The position numbers were made by a program, and so were the translations under genes. Below are positions 10,851-19,213 of a stretch of 64,000 nucleotides of DNA, in pieces. Source of the stretch: an uncultured Chloroflexia bacterium. Lineage in GTDB: Bacteria; Chloroflexota; Limnocylindria; Limnocylindrales; CSP1-4. Under the pieces are notes generated by a model, which did no database searches, was not told where the DNA came from, and saw only the letters and a program-made list of their open reading frames with translations. Within the stretch, counting starts at the first letter, position 1, and each line of letters starts with the position of its first letter. Location: assembly GCA_963734535.1 (NCBI GenBank), contig CAVTHS010000003.1:96001-160000 (forward strand), in the 5' to 3' direction.

Positions 10851-11938
10851 TGAGCAGCCCGGCCGCCGGGATCCTCGCGCGTGCGGCCGACCTCGCCGGG
10901 GCCGGCCGCCCGTTCGTCCTCGCCACGGTCGTCGCGATCGCGCGCCCGACCTCGGCGAAACCCGGGGCGCGCGGGATCATCCACCCCGACGGAACCATCG
11001 AGGGGTGGGTAGGGGGGAGCTGCGCGCAGCCGTCCGTCATCGCCGAGGCGCTCCGCGCCCTGGCCGATGGCGAACCCCGGCTGCTCCGCCTGTCGGCGGA
11101 GCAGCCGACCGAGTCGCGCCGTGCCGACGGGATCATCGATCTGGTCATGACCTGCCACTCGGGCGGAACGCTGGAGATCTTCATCGAGCCGCAGATGCCG
11201 GCGCCCGAGCTGTGGGTGGTCGGCGTCACCCCGATCGCACGGTCGCTCGCGGAGCTCGGCATGCGGGCCGGCTGGCAGGTCACCGCGATCGATCCGTCGG
11301 CGAGCGGCGACCTCTTCCCGGACGGCGTCCGGGTCCATGCCGCCCGCGACTTCACCGGGCTCGACGCGCTCGGGTCTCCGTACGTGGTCGTTGCGAGCCA
11401 GGGCCAGTGGGACGAGGAGGCGCTCGTCGCCGCATTGGGCCGGGACATCGCGTACCTGGGCCTCGTGGCGAGCGCGCGGCGCGCAGCCGCGGTGGCCGAG
11501 TACCTGGAGCTCGTGGGCGTGCCGGCCGAGCGGCGGGCGGCCCTTCGGGCTCCCTGCGGCCTCGACCTCGGCGCCGTTGGCGCCGCGGAGGTGGCCGTGT
11601 CGGTCCTCGCCGAGCTCGTGCAGGTGCGTCGCGGCCGGGCCCGGTTCGTGGCGATGCCCGGACCGGCGACGCTGGCGGGCTCCGCTCCCGCCTCGGTCAC
11701 CGCCTCCGCGACACGCGCGACATTCGCGGCACCCGAACCTGCCGCGGCGCCAGCAGCGTCGCCCGAGGTGGGCGCGGGCGAGGAGATCATCCTCGTCGAT
11801 CCGGTCTGCGGGATGCACGTGGACCCTGCCGACGTGCGCCACATCGCGGACCATGAGGGCCGGACGTACGCGTTCTGCTGCGCGGGCTGTCGGACGCGGT
11901 TCGCCAAGAACCCGGCGCGCTACCTCGCGCTGGCCTGA
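10850..11938 (+). CDS. coxF: XdhC/CoxF family protein with C-terminal YHS (TRASH) metal-binding domain
   Basis: GWVGGSCAQ, MTCHSGGTLEIF and APCGLDLGA, with C-terminal DPVCGM...YAFCCAGC...F.KNPARY. TGATG overlap with coxL. Confidence 0.85.
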   Translation: MSSPAAGILARAADLAGAGRPFVLATVVAIARPTSAKPGARGIIHPDGTIEGWVGGSCAQPSVIAEALRALADGEPRLLRLSAEQPTESRRADGIIDLVMTCHSGGTLEIFIEPQMPAPELWVVGVTPIARSLAELGMRAGWQVTAIDPSASGDLFPDGVRVHAARDFTGLDALGSPYVVVASQGQWDEEALVAALGRDIAYLGLVASARRAAAVAEYLELVGVPAERRAALRAPCGLDLGAVGAAEVAVSVLAELVQVRRGRARFVAMPGPATLAGSAPASVTASATRATFAAPEPAAAPAASPEVGAGEEIILVDPVCGMHVDPADVRHIADHEGRTYAFCCAGCRTRFAKNPARYLALA

Positions 11939-11962
11939 CAGCTCGTATCGAGGAGCCGCCGT

Positions 11963-12403
11963 ATGAAGTTCGAGGGCCGCGTCGAGATCAAGGCCCCGCG
12001 CCCGAAGGTCTGGGCGTTCGTCACCGATCCGGACCAGATCGCGAGCTGCGGGCCGGGCGTGCAGTCGATCGAGAAGCTCGACGGCGGCCGCTTCCGGGCG
12101 CACGCGAAGGTCGGCGTGGGCTTCATCAGCGCGAAGTTCGTGGTCAATGCCGAGTTCTCGGAGGTCCACGAGCCGGACGATGCCACCGTGCTGGTGCACG
12201 GCCAGGCGCCCGGGACCGCGGTCGACGCCACCGCGAAGATGGTCCTGACGGACGGCGCCGAGGGCGCGACCGTGATGGACTGGGCGGCCGACGTCACGAT
12301 CTCGGGGACGCTCGCCAGCGTCGGCGCGCGAATGATCGACGGCACCGCGAACAAGATGATCGGCCAGACCTTCGACTGCATCAGGACGAAGCTGGAGGCC
12401 TGA
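11963..12403 (+). CDS. coxG: CoxG (SRPBCC fold)
   Basis: APRPKVWAFVTDP..IASCGPGV and GTLASVGARMI motifs. GAGGAG RBS. Confidence 0.88.
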   Translation: MKFEGRVEIKAPRPKVWAFVTDPDQIASCGPGVQSIEKLDGGRFRAHAKVGVGFISAKFVVNAEFSEVHEPDDATVLVHGQAPGTAVDATAKMVLTDGAEGATVMDWAADVTISGTLASVGARMIDGTANKMIGQTFDCIRTKLEA

Positions 12404-12439
12404 CCGGCAGCCACGCCGCGCCCCCGAGGCGATCCCGCC

Positions 12440-13165
12440 ATGGAGCTGGTCACCCGCGCCATCGGCCCGCTGCAGACCAACGTCTGCCTGGTCGGCGATC
12501 CGCGGACCCGCGAGGCGATCGTCATCGACGGCGCGATCCCGGGTCTGCCCTGGGTTGTCGCCGAGCTCCGGCGCCGCGACTGGCGCCTGCTCCTCATCGT
12601 CTCGACCCACGGCCACTGGGATCACACGGGCGAGAACGCCGCGCTCCAGGCGTGGTCGCTGGAGCAGGCGGAGGATGCGGTCTTCACCGAGGCGGCCGGC
12701 GGTGGCGATGCGGTTCCGCGCGGCGCAGGCGCGGCGAGGACGGCCGGCGCCGAGATCGCCGCCCATCGTGCCGACTGGCACCGCCTGACCGATCCGCAGC
12801 CGCTCTTCGCGCCCTTCCCGATCCCGCCGTGCGTCCCCGCCGTGGAGCTCGCGGAAGGCGGCGTTGTTCGCGTCGGCGACGTCAGCCTCCAGGTCCTTCA
12901 CACCCCCGGCCATACCGAGGGTTCGGTCTGCCTCCTGTCGGCCGAGGACGGCATCCTCTTCTCCGGCGACACCCTGTTCGCCGGCGGATGGGGCAGGGTC
13001 GATCTCCCGGGTGGCGACGCGGCCGCGATGGCGGACTCGCTCGCCCGGCTGGCCGGGCTGAACGATGCGCTCCGCGTGATGCCGGGCCACGGGCGGGAGA
13101 CGACGATCGCGCGGGAACGGCCCCTCCTGGAGCTGATCGCGCGGGAGCACCGGCTGCCCGGGTAG
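12440..13165 (+). CDS. MBL-fold metallo-hydrolase (glyoxalase II-like)
   Basis: THGHWDH, HTPGHTEGS, FSGDTLF and PGHG motifs. Confidence 0.88.
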   Translation: MELVTRAIGPLQTNVCLVGDPRTREAIVIDGAIPGLPWVVAELRRRDWRLLLIVSTHGHWDHTGENAALQAWSLEQAEDAVFTEAAGGGDAVPRGAGAARTAGAEIAAHRADWHRLTDPQPLFAPFPIPPCVPAVELAEGGVVRVGDVSLQVLHTPGHTEGSVCLLSAEDGILFSGDTLFAGGWGRVDLPGGDAAAMADSLARLAGLNDALRVMPGHGRETTIARERPLLELIAREHRLPG

Positions 13166-13195
13166 CCTGCCTCACCTCCGCCGCGAGTGCCCGGG

Positions 13196-14329
13196 TCAGC
13201 GCCCCCATTCCCCGCGTTTGGCCCTGGCCTGGGCGGCGCCGGCCCGGCCGATGACCGTCCACCGCCTCCGCTCGGCCCGCCGTGCGATCACGTCACGCTC
13301 AATGGCCTGGTGTCGCTCCTCGCGGATGAGCTTGTGCCAGCTCGCCACCCGGTCGGGCGCCAGCGCGCCGCTCTCCACCGCGGCCTCGATCGCGCAGCCC
13401 GGCTGGCGCTCGTGCGTGCAGTCGCTGAACCGGCACCCGGCGGCCGTCGTCTCCACGTCGAGGAAGGCCGCGGCCAGCCCGGCGCCGTCGTCCCACAGCG
13501 CCAGCTCACGGATGCCCGGCGTGTCGAGCAGCAGCCCGCCGCCGGGAAGCGGCACCAGCTGGCGGCCGCTCGTCGTGTGCCGGCCGCGAGCGTCGTCCTC
13601 CCGGACCTCGCGGGTGGCCAGGCGATGCTCGCCGAGAATCGCGTTGATGAGCGTGCTCTTGCCCACGCCCGACGAGCCCAGGAGCGCGATCGTGATCCCC
13701 GGCAGCAGGAGCGCGCGGACGGCGTCGAGCCCGTCCCCGGTCACCGCGCTGGTCGGGAGCACCCGCACGCCGACGGCGAGCTCCTCGATCTGGGCCTCCG
13801 CGACGGCAACCTCGACCGGGTTGGTGGCGAGGTCGACCTTGGTGAGGACGACGATGGGACGGCCGCCCGACTCCCAGGCGGTCGCGAGGAACCGCTCCAG
13901 GCGCCGCGCGTTGAGATCGCGGTTCAGGGAGGTCGCGATCATCACGATGTCGACGTTCGCGGCCAGGATCTGCATCGGGGCGCCGTGGTCGGCCGGCGCG
14001 CGGCGCTGGATGCGGGTCCGTCGCGGGACCACGGCGTGGATGCTCGCCGTGCCATCGCCGGCGCGAAGATCGGTCGCGACCCAGTCGCCGACGACAGGAA
14101 AGTCGCCCGGACCAAGGGCGTCGTGCCGCAGGCGCCCCGTGACGCGCCCGGTGAGCGGGGCGGCACCCGTCGCGGCAAGGACCTCGTACGCGCCGCGGTG
14201 CTCCGCCACGACGCGCGCCGGCGAGAGGCCAGCGGCTGCGTGCGCGGCGAAGGCAGCGTCCCAGGCGCCATCCCAGCCGAGCGGAGCGATGTCGGCGGTG
14301 CCGGCGAGGCGTCCCAGCGGCGCGCTCAC
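13196..14329 (-). CDS. rsgA: Ribosome small subunit-dependent GTPase A
   Basis: Circularly permuted TKVD / GSSGVGKS / RHTT / DTPG, plus Zn finger CRFSDCTHERQPGC. GTG start overlaps the GNAT stop. Confidence 0.92.
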   Translation of the reverse strand: MSAPLGRLAGTADIAPLGWDGAWDAAFAAHAAAGLSPARVVAEHRGAYEVLAATGAAPLTGRVTGRLRHDALGPGDFPVVGDWVATDLRAGDGTASIHAVVPRRTRIQRRAPADHGAPMQILAANVDIVMIATSLNRDLNARRLERFLATAWESGGRPIVVLTKVDLATNPVEVAVAEAQIEELAVGVRVLPTSAVTGDGLDAVRALLLPGITIALLGSSGVGKSTLINAILGEHRLATREVREDDARGRHTTSGRQLVPLPGGGLLLDTPGIRELALWDDGAGLAAAFLDVETTAAGCRFSDCTHERQPGCAIEAAVESGALAPDRVASWHKLIREERHQAIERDVIARRAERRRWTVIGRAGAAQARAKRGEWGR

Positions 14330-15366
14330 GCCACCCCTCCATCGTTCGCGATGCCGTCGAGGACGAGCGGGCGCCGCCACTCCGTCTCGCGCGCGGCCTG
14401 GCGGAAGCCCATCCGCTCGTAGAGGCGAAGGGCGCCGGTCTCGTTCTGGGCGTCGACGCCGAGCGCCGCCTGGGTCATGCCTCGATCGCGAAGTGCATGC
14501 AGCGCGCGCGAGATCAACGCCGATGCCACGCCGCGCCCTCGCCACGCGGCGCGCGTCGAGATGTTCTCGCACCAGCCCCGCGCCACGCCGAGGCGGGCGT
14601 TCTCTTCGGGGTTGATGAACGGGCGCACCATCCCCGCGATCTCGTCACCGTCCCAGGCCACTTGCCACAGGGCAACGTCCTGGAGCGGATCGGTCAGGAA
14701 CTCCTGCCATCGCTCCTCGGACCCGTCCTCCGCGCCGGCGCCCCAGTGCGCGGCGAAGGCTTCGACCTCCGCCTGCCAGATCCGCCGCAGCTGGGAGGTC
14801 TCCGCAGGACGGACCTCCATTCCGGCCGGGAGGGTGCGGTCGGGGATGTCGTCGAGGCTGGGCCGCAGCATCTCGAAGCCGGTGCGGACCGGCAGGAAGC
14901 CGTGCGCGCCGAGAGCGGCGCGGGCCTCTCGTGGCTCGAGCATCGTGGTGATGGCTGCCGTCCGGGGGCGATCCACCGGTCCCTGGCCGCGTGCGATCTC
15001 GAGGTGACGGGCGATGTTCCAGTCCAGCAGGGCCGTGAATGCGCCCGCCGGCGCGTCGGGTGTCACGAACAGGGCGGCCGAATGGACGCGATCGCCCCGG
15101 TTCTCATCGGTCCACTCTACGCGGACGTAGCCAACGGGGCGGCCATCGGCTTCGGCAAGCCGCAGGTCGGCGGCCAGGTCGCTGTTGACGAGGTGAGCGT
15201 AGTCGGTGCGGATCATGTCGACGCTCAACACGAAAAGGCTCCCGCCGGCCAGCCGGCTCGCGTTGTTGACGTCGGCGATGAGCTGGGCCTCCTCCGGCCA
15301 GCGGACCGGTCGAAGGAGGAGCCCGGGAACGGAGGTCGGGATGGTCCCGGCAATGGTGGTCGTCAT
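14326..15366 (-). CDS. Tandem-domain GNAT family N-acetyltransferase
   Basis: C-terminal acetyl-CoA motif RAAWRGRGVASAL and NETGALRLYERMGF. Two-domain length of 346 aa. Confidence 0.85.
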   Translation of the reverse strand: MTTTIAGTIPTSVPGLLLRPVRWPEEAQLIADVNNASRLAGGSLFVLSVDMIRTDYAHLVNSDLAADLRLAEADGRPVGYVRVEWTDENRGDRVHSAALFVTPDAPAGAFTALLDWNIARHLEIARGQGPVDRPRTAAITTMLEPREARAALGAHGFLPVRTGFEMLRPSLDDIPDRTLPAGMEVRPAETSQLRRIWQAEVEAFAAHWGAGAEDGSEERWQEFLTDPLQDVALWQVAWDGDEIAGMVRPFINPEENARLGVARGWCENISTRAAWRGRGVASALISRALHALRDRGMTQAALGVDAQNETGALRLYERMGFRQAARETEWRRPLVLDGIANDGGVA

Positions 15367-15369
15367 GGC

Positions 15370-16206
15370 TCAGCCAACCCGCTTGAGCTTGCCGGTGCGC
15401 TTCGCGTAGTGCTCAGCGCGCCCGAAGAGCCAGAGCCCGGTCGGGATCAGGATGGCGCCCATGAGCGCGAGGGGCCACAGGTCGTGGACCACGGACGTCA
15501 CGGACGCGCCCTCCATCAATCCCTTGCGGACGCCATCGAGGATGTAGGTCGCCGGCGAGACCGCGGACGCGACCTGCATCCAGCCCGGCAGCACGCTGAC
15601 CGGGTAGTAGACGCCGCTCACCACGAGGAGGCAGGACTGGATGACGAACGTCATCTGGGCCCCGCGCTCCACGTACAGGAGGGGCAGGATCGCCGCCATG
15701 ATCCCGATCCCGACGACCGAGAACGAGCCGGCAAACATCACGACCGTCGCGGTGACGAAGTTGGCGTGCGACAGGTCCAGCTCGAAGAAGAGGGTCAGGA
15801 CGAGGAGGATGACGGAGGTGTGGACCAGGCCGTACAGGATCGCGTAGGTCGTGGACCCGGCGAGCTGGGAGGCGCGCCGGACCGGCGCCATCATCGTGTA
15901 CTCGAGGGTTCCCTCCCAGCGCTCCCAGCTGATCGTCTCGGCGATGAAGCTGAAGACGGTCGACAGGTAGTTCCAGAAGATCGCCCCGATCACGAGGCTG
16001 AAGATGAGCCGCTTGTCGGCCGCGGCGGCCCCGATGAACGAGATCGACAGGGCGCCCGCCACCGCATAGACGAGGAACGCGAGCTCCCAGCCCCAGTAGC
16101 GGCGGCTCAGGTTGAAGTTGCGCTCGATGAACGCGGCCGACGCGCTGAGCTCGCGTGCCGCGGTCGCCATCGGGCGACTGGCGATGGTCACTGGAGGATC
16201 TCCCAT
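15370..16206 (-). CDS. ABC-2 type transporter permease
   Basis: About six hydrophobic segments, with ERWEGTLE and SGVYYPVSVLPGWMQ motifs. Confidence 0.9.
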   Translation of the reverse strand: MGDPPVTIASRPMATAARELSASAAFIERNFNLSRRYWGWELAFLVYAVAGALSISFIGAAAADKRLIFSLVIGAIFWNYLSTVFSFIAETISWERWEGTLEYTMMAPVRRASQLAGSTTYAILYGLVHTSVILLVLTLFFELDLSHANFVTATVVMFAGSFSVVGIGIMAAILPLLYVERGAQMTFVIQSCLLVVSGVYYPVSVLPGWMQVASAVSPATYILDGVRKGLMEGASVTSVVHDLWPLALMGAILIPTGLWLFGRAEHYAKRTGKLKRVG

Positions 16207-16234
16207 GGAGTGGGGGAGGCCGGCCGGCCCCGCA

Positions 16235-16459
16235 TCAGCGGGAGCCGGCCGGCGTCAGGTGCTCGATCGACCGCTCCGGCGTGGACGCCTCGGCGGCAAG
16301 CCGCTGGCCGGCGCGGACGAGCGAGTGGCCGAGCGCGCGGCGAAGGCGCCGCGTGTCGGTGCGCGCCGGACGCACCAGGCGTGCCCGGTGCGCTTCGGCG
16401 TGGAGCCGGGCAAGACGGTCGGCGTGGACCGCCTGCAGGATCTCGATCTGCGTGTTCAT
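16235..16459 (-). CDS. Small basic helical hypothetical protein (74 aa)
   Basis: MNTQIEILQAVHADRLARLHAEAHRARL...; GGAGG RBS 8 nt upstream of the ATG; lies inside the operon. Confidence 0.65.
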   Translation of the reverse strand: MNTQIEILQAVHADRLARLHAEAHRARLVRPARTDTRRLRRALGHSLVRAGQRLAAEASTPERSIEHLTPAGSR

Positions 16460-16542
16460 CGCGTGCACCTCCCGGTGTTCGTGGGGGGCGTGGACGGTGC
16501 GGGCCGGCGGCCGGCCGCGGCCGGAGCCGGGTGCGAAGATGC

Positions 16543-17466
16543 TCATTCGTCGTCCTCCGGGCCGTCGGGCTCGACGTCCTCGTCGAGGGAGCGGCCGGTA
16601 TAGGTCATGAAGACGTTGTCGAGGGTCGGCGCCAGCCCGGTCTCGCGGCCTACCCGGGCCTTGAGTCCGTCCGGCGTGTCCTCGGCGACGAGGCGTCCGC
16701 CGTCGAGGATGGCGATCCGGTCGCAGAGGCGGTCGGCCTCTGCCATGTCATGCGTCGTGAGGAGGATCGTGGCGTCGTGCGTCGCCCGGAGGTCCTCCAC
16801 GAAGGCCTGGACCTCGAGCTTCGAGCGCGGGTCGAGACCGGTGGTCGGCTCGTCGAGCAGGAGGAGCGTCGGCGAGGTCAGCAGCGCCCGCGCGATCGCG
16901 ACCTTCTGCTGCATGCCCCGGCTCATCTGCTCGATCGGGCTTCCCATGCGCTTCTCGGAGATGCCCAGGCGGGCGAGGATCCGGACCGCTTCCCGCCGGG
17001 CGTCCCCCGTATGGAGTCCGTACAGGCGGGCCGCGAACGCGAGGTTCTCGTATGGCGAGAGCTTCTTGAAGAACGCGGCGTCCACGCTCACCCGGTTGAT
17101 GAGCCGCTTGACCGCCATCTCGTCGCGCTCGACGTCGTGGCCGAACACCTCTGCCCGCCCGGTGTCGAGCGTGAGAAGCGTCGATACGAGCCGGATGAGC
17201 GTCGACTTGCCGCTTCCGTTGGCGCCGAGAACCCCGTAGATCTCGGCGCGCTCGACGCGCAGCGACACGTCCAGGATGGCCGCGACGGCCTTCTTCTTCC
17301 GGCCGAGCGTGAAGGTCTTCCCGACGTGCTCCAGGAGGAGCGCGGGCGGGCCGGCCGGCTGCGCGATGCGTTGCCTGGCTGCGGGGATCCGGGCCGGGGC
17401 CTCGACGTGCGCCGAGACGGGCGTGCGGACCGTGCTCTTCGGTTCCGGCGTGAGGGTGATGCTCAC
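16543..17466 (-). CDS. ABC transporter ATP-binding protein (DrrA-like exporter)
   Basis: GANGSGKST, MSRGMQQK, LLLLDEPT and TTH motifs. GTG start follows GGGAG. Confidence 0.93.
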   Translation of the reverse strand: MSITLTPEPKSTVRTPVSAHVEAPARIPAARQRIAQPAGPPALLLEHVGKTFTLGRKKKAVAAILDVSLRVERAEIYGVLGANGSGKSTLIRLVSTLLTLDTGRAEVFGHDVERDEMAVKRLINRVSVDAAFFKKLSPYENLAFAARLYGLHTGDARREAVRILARLGISEKRMGSPIEQMSRGMQQKVAIARALLTSPTLLLLDEPTTGLDPRSKLEVQAFVEDLRATHDATILLTTHDMAEADRLCDRIAILDGGRLVAEDTPDGLKARVGRETGLAPTLDNVFMTYTGRSLDEDVEPDGPEDDE

Positions 17467-17626
17467 GGTGGTGGCTCCCGTTTCTCGTCTCGGTGAGGCG
17501 AACCCGATGCTCCCGGGCCCTTCGTGCGGTGCTCTCGAGACGAGAGAAGCCGCGAGCCCGACGTCTGTCCCTGCGTCGATGGCCCGCGGCTCCGGGTCGC
17601 CGCCCCGCGCCTGGCGCGGGGCAATG

Positions 17627-17662
17627 AAAAAGCCGCTGGGCCCTGATCCGGCCCGCGGCTTC
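17627..17662 (-). terminator. Intrinsic terminator in the 5' leader (attenuator) of the ABC operon
   Basis: Minus strand AAGCCGCGGGCC-GGATCA-GGGCCCAGCGGC-TTTTT, about 160 nt upstream of the ABC start codon. Confidence 0.75.
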
Positions 17663-17695
17663 GGTTCCTGTCCTGGCGGCGCTACCGCCGCGTGA

Positions 17696-17791
17696 CTAGG
17701 CCGAGCTGGGCACAGATCGCCCGCAGAGCGCGCCAACCGGATCGGCGCAGTGCCGCTCCCGGGCGCTCACGAGGATGATCTGATTGCTCAT
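17696..17791 (-). CDS. Putative attenuator leader peptide MSNQIILVSARERHCADPVGALCGRSVPSSA
   Basis: AGAGGT 10 nt upstream of the ATG. Lies between a consensus promoter and the leader terminator. Confidence 0.5.
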   Translation of the reverse strand: MSNQIILVSARERHCADPVGALCGRSVPSSA

Positions 17792-17842
17792 TCGGTGACA
17801 TACCTCTCAACTGGCTGGCGCGGCTCTCCCGCGACTCGGCGG

Positions 17843-17872
17843 AGGCTACATCGGGCCCGCGGGCGCTGTCAA
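17843..17872 (-). promoter_or_regulatory. Sigma70-type promoter for the leader/ABC operon
   Basis: Minus strand TTGACA-18 nt-TAGCCT. Confidence 0.7.
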
Positions 17873-17913
17873 GCACCGATCTGCGGTTTGGGCCACGCGC
17901 CCGGGCGTATCGA

Positions 17914-17943
17914 TTGACGGGGCCAAGGCCGGGCAGATAGGCT
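17914..17943 (+). promoter_or_regulatory. Divergent sigma70-type promoter
   Basis: TTGACG-18 nt-TAGGCT upstream of the ORF at 17979. Confidence 0.55.
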
Positions 17944-17978
17944 CGAATCTCCCACCCCACGTCGCCGAGAGGTCGCCC

Positions 17979-18680
17979 GTGCCGCCGCCCGTCCGCATCC
18001 CGCCGCTGCTTCGTCTCGTCGCCGAGGGCGTGCTCGACGCGGACCTCGCGGCGCTGGCGTGGCTCCTGCTGGAGGACGGCGTGCCGGTCCATGTCGCCGG
18101 CACCGGTGAGGAATCGCGCCAGGAGCTCCTGGATGCGCTCGTGGCCGGCCTGCCCGCCGGTCGGCGCCCGGACAAGGCGGCAGCGGCCGCGGGGGGGAGG
18201 CTGGTCCGGGTGGCGGGTACGCTCGCGATCTCCACGCCGGCGGGATTGCTCCGGGCTGCGCTGTCGGGAACAACCGGGCGGAGCGGGCTGGCAACGGCGA
18301 TCGCGGCGGCGGATCTCCCCGGGGTTCTCGCGGTCTTCCGCGACCAGGGCCTTTCCGACGACGAGATCTCCTTCCTCGGCGTCGTGCTCGTGCTGGGCCC
18401 CACCGCGGACCCCGGCAGCGGGATGCGGGGTCCCGGCGGCTGCGTCGTGGCGGCGCACTACCTCCGGCCCGTGGCCCGCGATGCCGGCGGCCACCTGCAG
18501 CGGCTGGGGCCCGCCGTCCTCGCGACCTGGGATGCCGAACGGGGCGCGTACGACCATTTCGAATGGGGGATCTACGCGGAGCTGGCGGCCCGCACCGGGC
18601 GTCGCGCCGGGGACCTGGAGCGCGAGCACCGTTCCCGCGCGCAGCGGCTCCGGCCGGACGTGTCGGCGGGCCCCGCCTGA
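17979..18680 (+). CDS. Hypothetical protein resembling a degenerate VirB11/TadA-type secretion ATPase
   Basis: LVAEGVLDADLAALAWLLLEDGVPVHVAG matches the pre-Walker A region of this family, but the P-loop reads AGTGEESRQ. Confidence 0.55.
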   Translation: MPPPVRIPPLLRLVAEGVLDADLAALAWLLLEDGVPVHVAGTGEESRQELLDALVAGLPAGRRPDKAAAAAGGRLVRVAGTLAISTPAGLLRAALSGTTGRSGLATAIAAADLPGVLAVFRDQGLSDDEISFLGVVLVLGPTADPGSGMRGPGGCVVAAHYLRPVARDAGGHLQRLGPAVLATWDAERGAYDHFEWGIYAELAARTGRRAGDLEREHRSRAQRLRPDVSAGPA

Positions 18681-18785
18681 GGCCGATTCCGGCGATTCGG
18701 ACTACAATGAGCATCACACCGTGATCCCGGGCGCCCAGGGGGGCGTTGCCCGTGGCAATCCCGTTGCGTTCCACCGGGAGACCGC

Positions 18786-18983
18786 ATGACCAACCAGCGC
18801 CCATCCTCCACGAAGGTCGTGGACGAGCCGTTCAAGCACGTCATCGACGAGTACAAGCACAAGCTCCAGCGAGTGACGTGCACGTGCGGGTGGCAGGGCA
18901 GCAGCGCCTCGCCGGACGGCGTCAGCTCCGAGTGGAAGACCCACCACGTGAGCAATCGCCCGCCCGGCTCCTCGAAGCGCTGA
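18786..18983 (+). CDS. Small putative Zn-binding protein (65 aa)
   Basis: GGGAG RBS, H...CTCGW...H motif, GC3-biased codons, and an upstream TACAAT at 18703. Confidence 0.7.
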   Translation: MTNQRPSSTKVVDEPFKHVIDEYKHKLQRVTCTCGWQGSSASPDGVSSEWKTHHVSNRPPGSSKR

Positions 18984-19213
18984 GTCATCGCGGGTCGCTC
19001 GGTCTCCCCTGCGCGCCCGATCCGGCGCGCACGCGCGATCGCCGTCCCGGCCCGGAGGCTCGCGACGCCCGACTCGCCGGTCCTCTCACTGGCCCTCGAT
19101 GCAGGACCGATGCTTCGTTCCCTGACGCCGGACGCCCTCGCGGCCGTGCGCGACGGGGTGCCCGTGGAGCTTGACCGGATCGTGGCCAGGAGCGCCGCCG
19201 AGGCGGGGATCGC

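Noticed and set aside
17682-17801. Alternative leader peptide MSPNEQ...VTRR
   Set aside because: Its ATG directly abuts the SD-like GAGGT with no spacer. The ATG at 17791 has better spacing, though this frame is not fully excluded.
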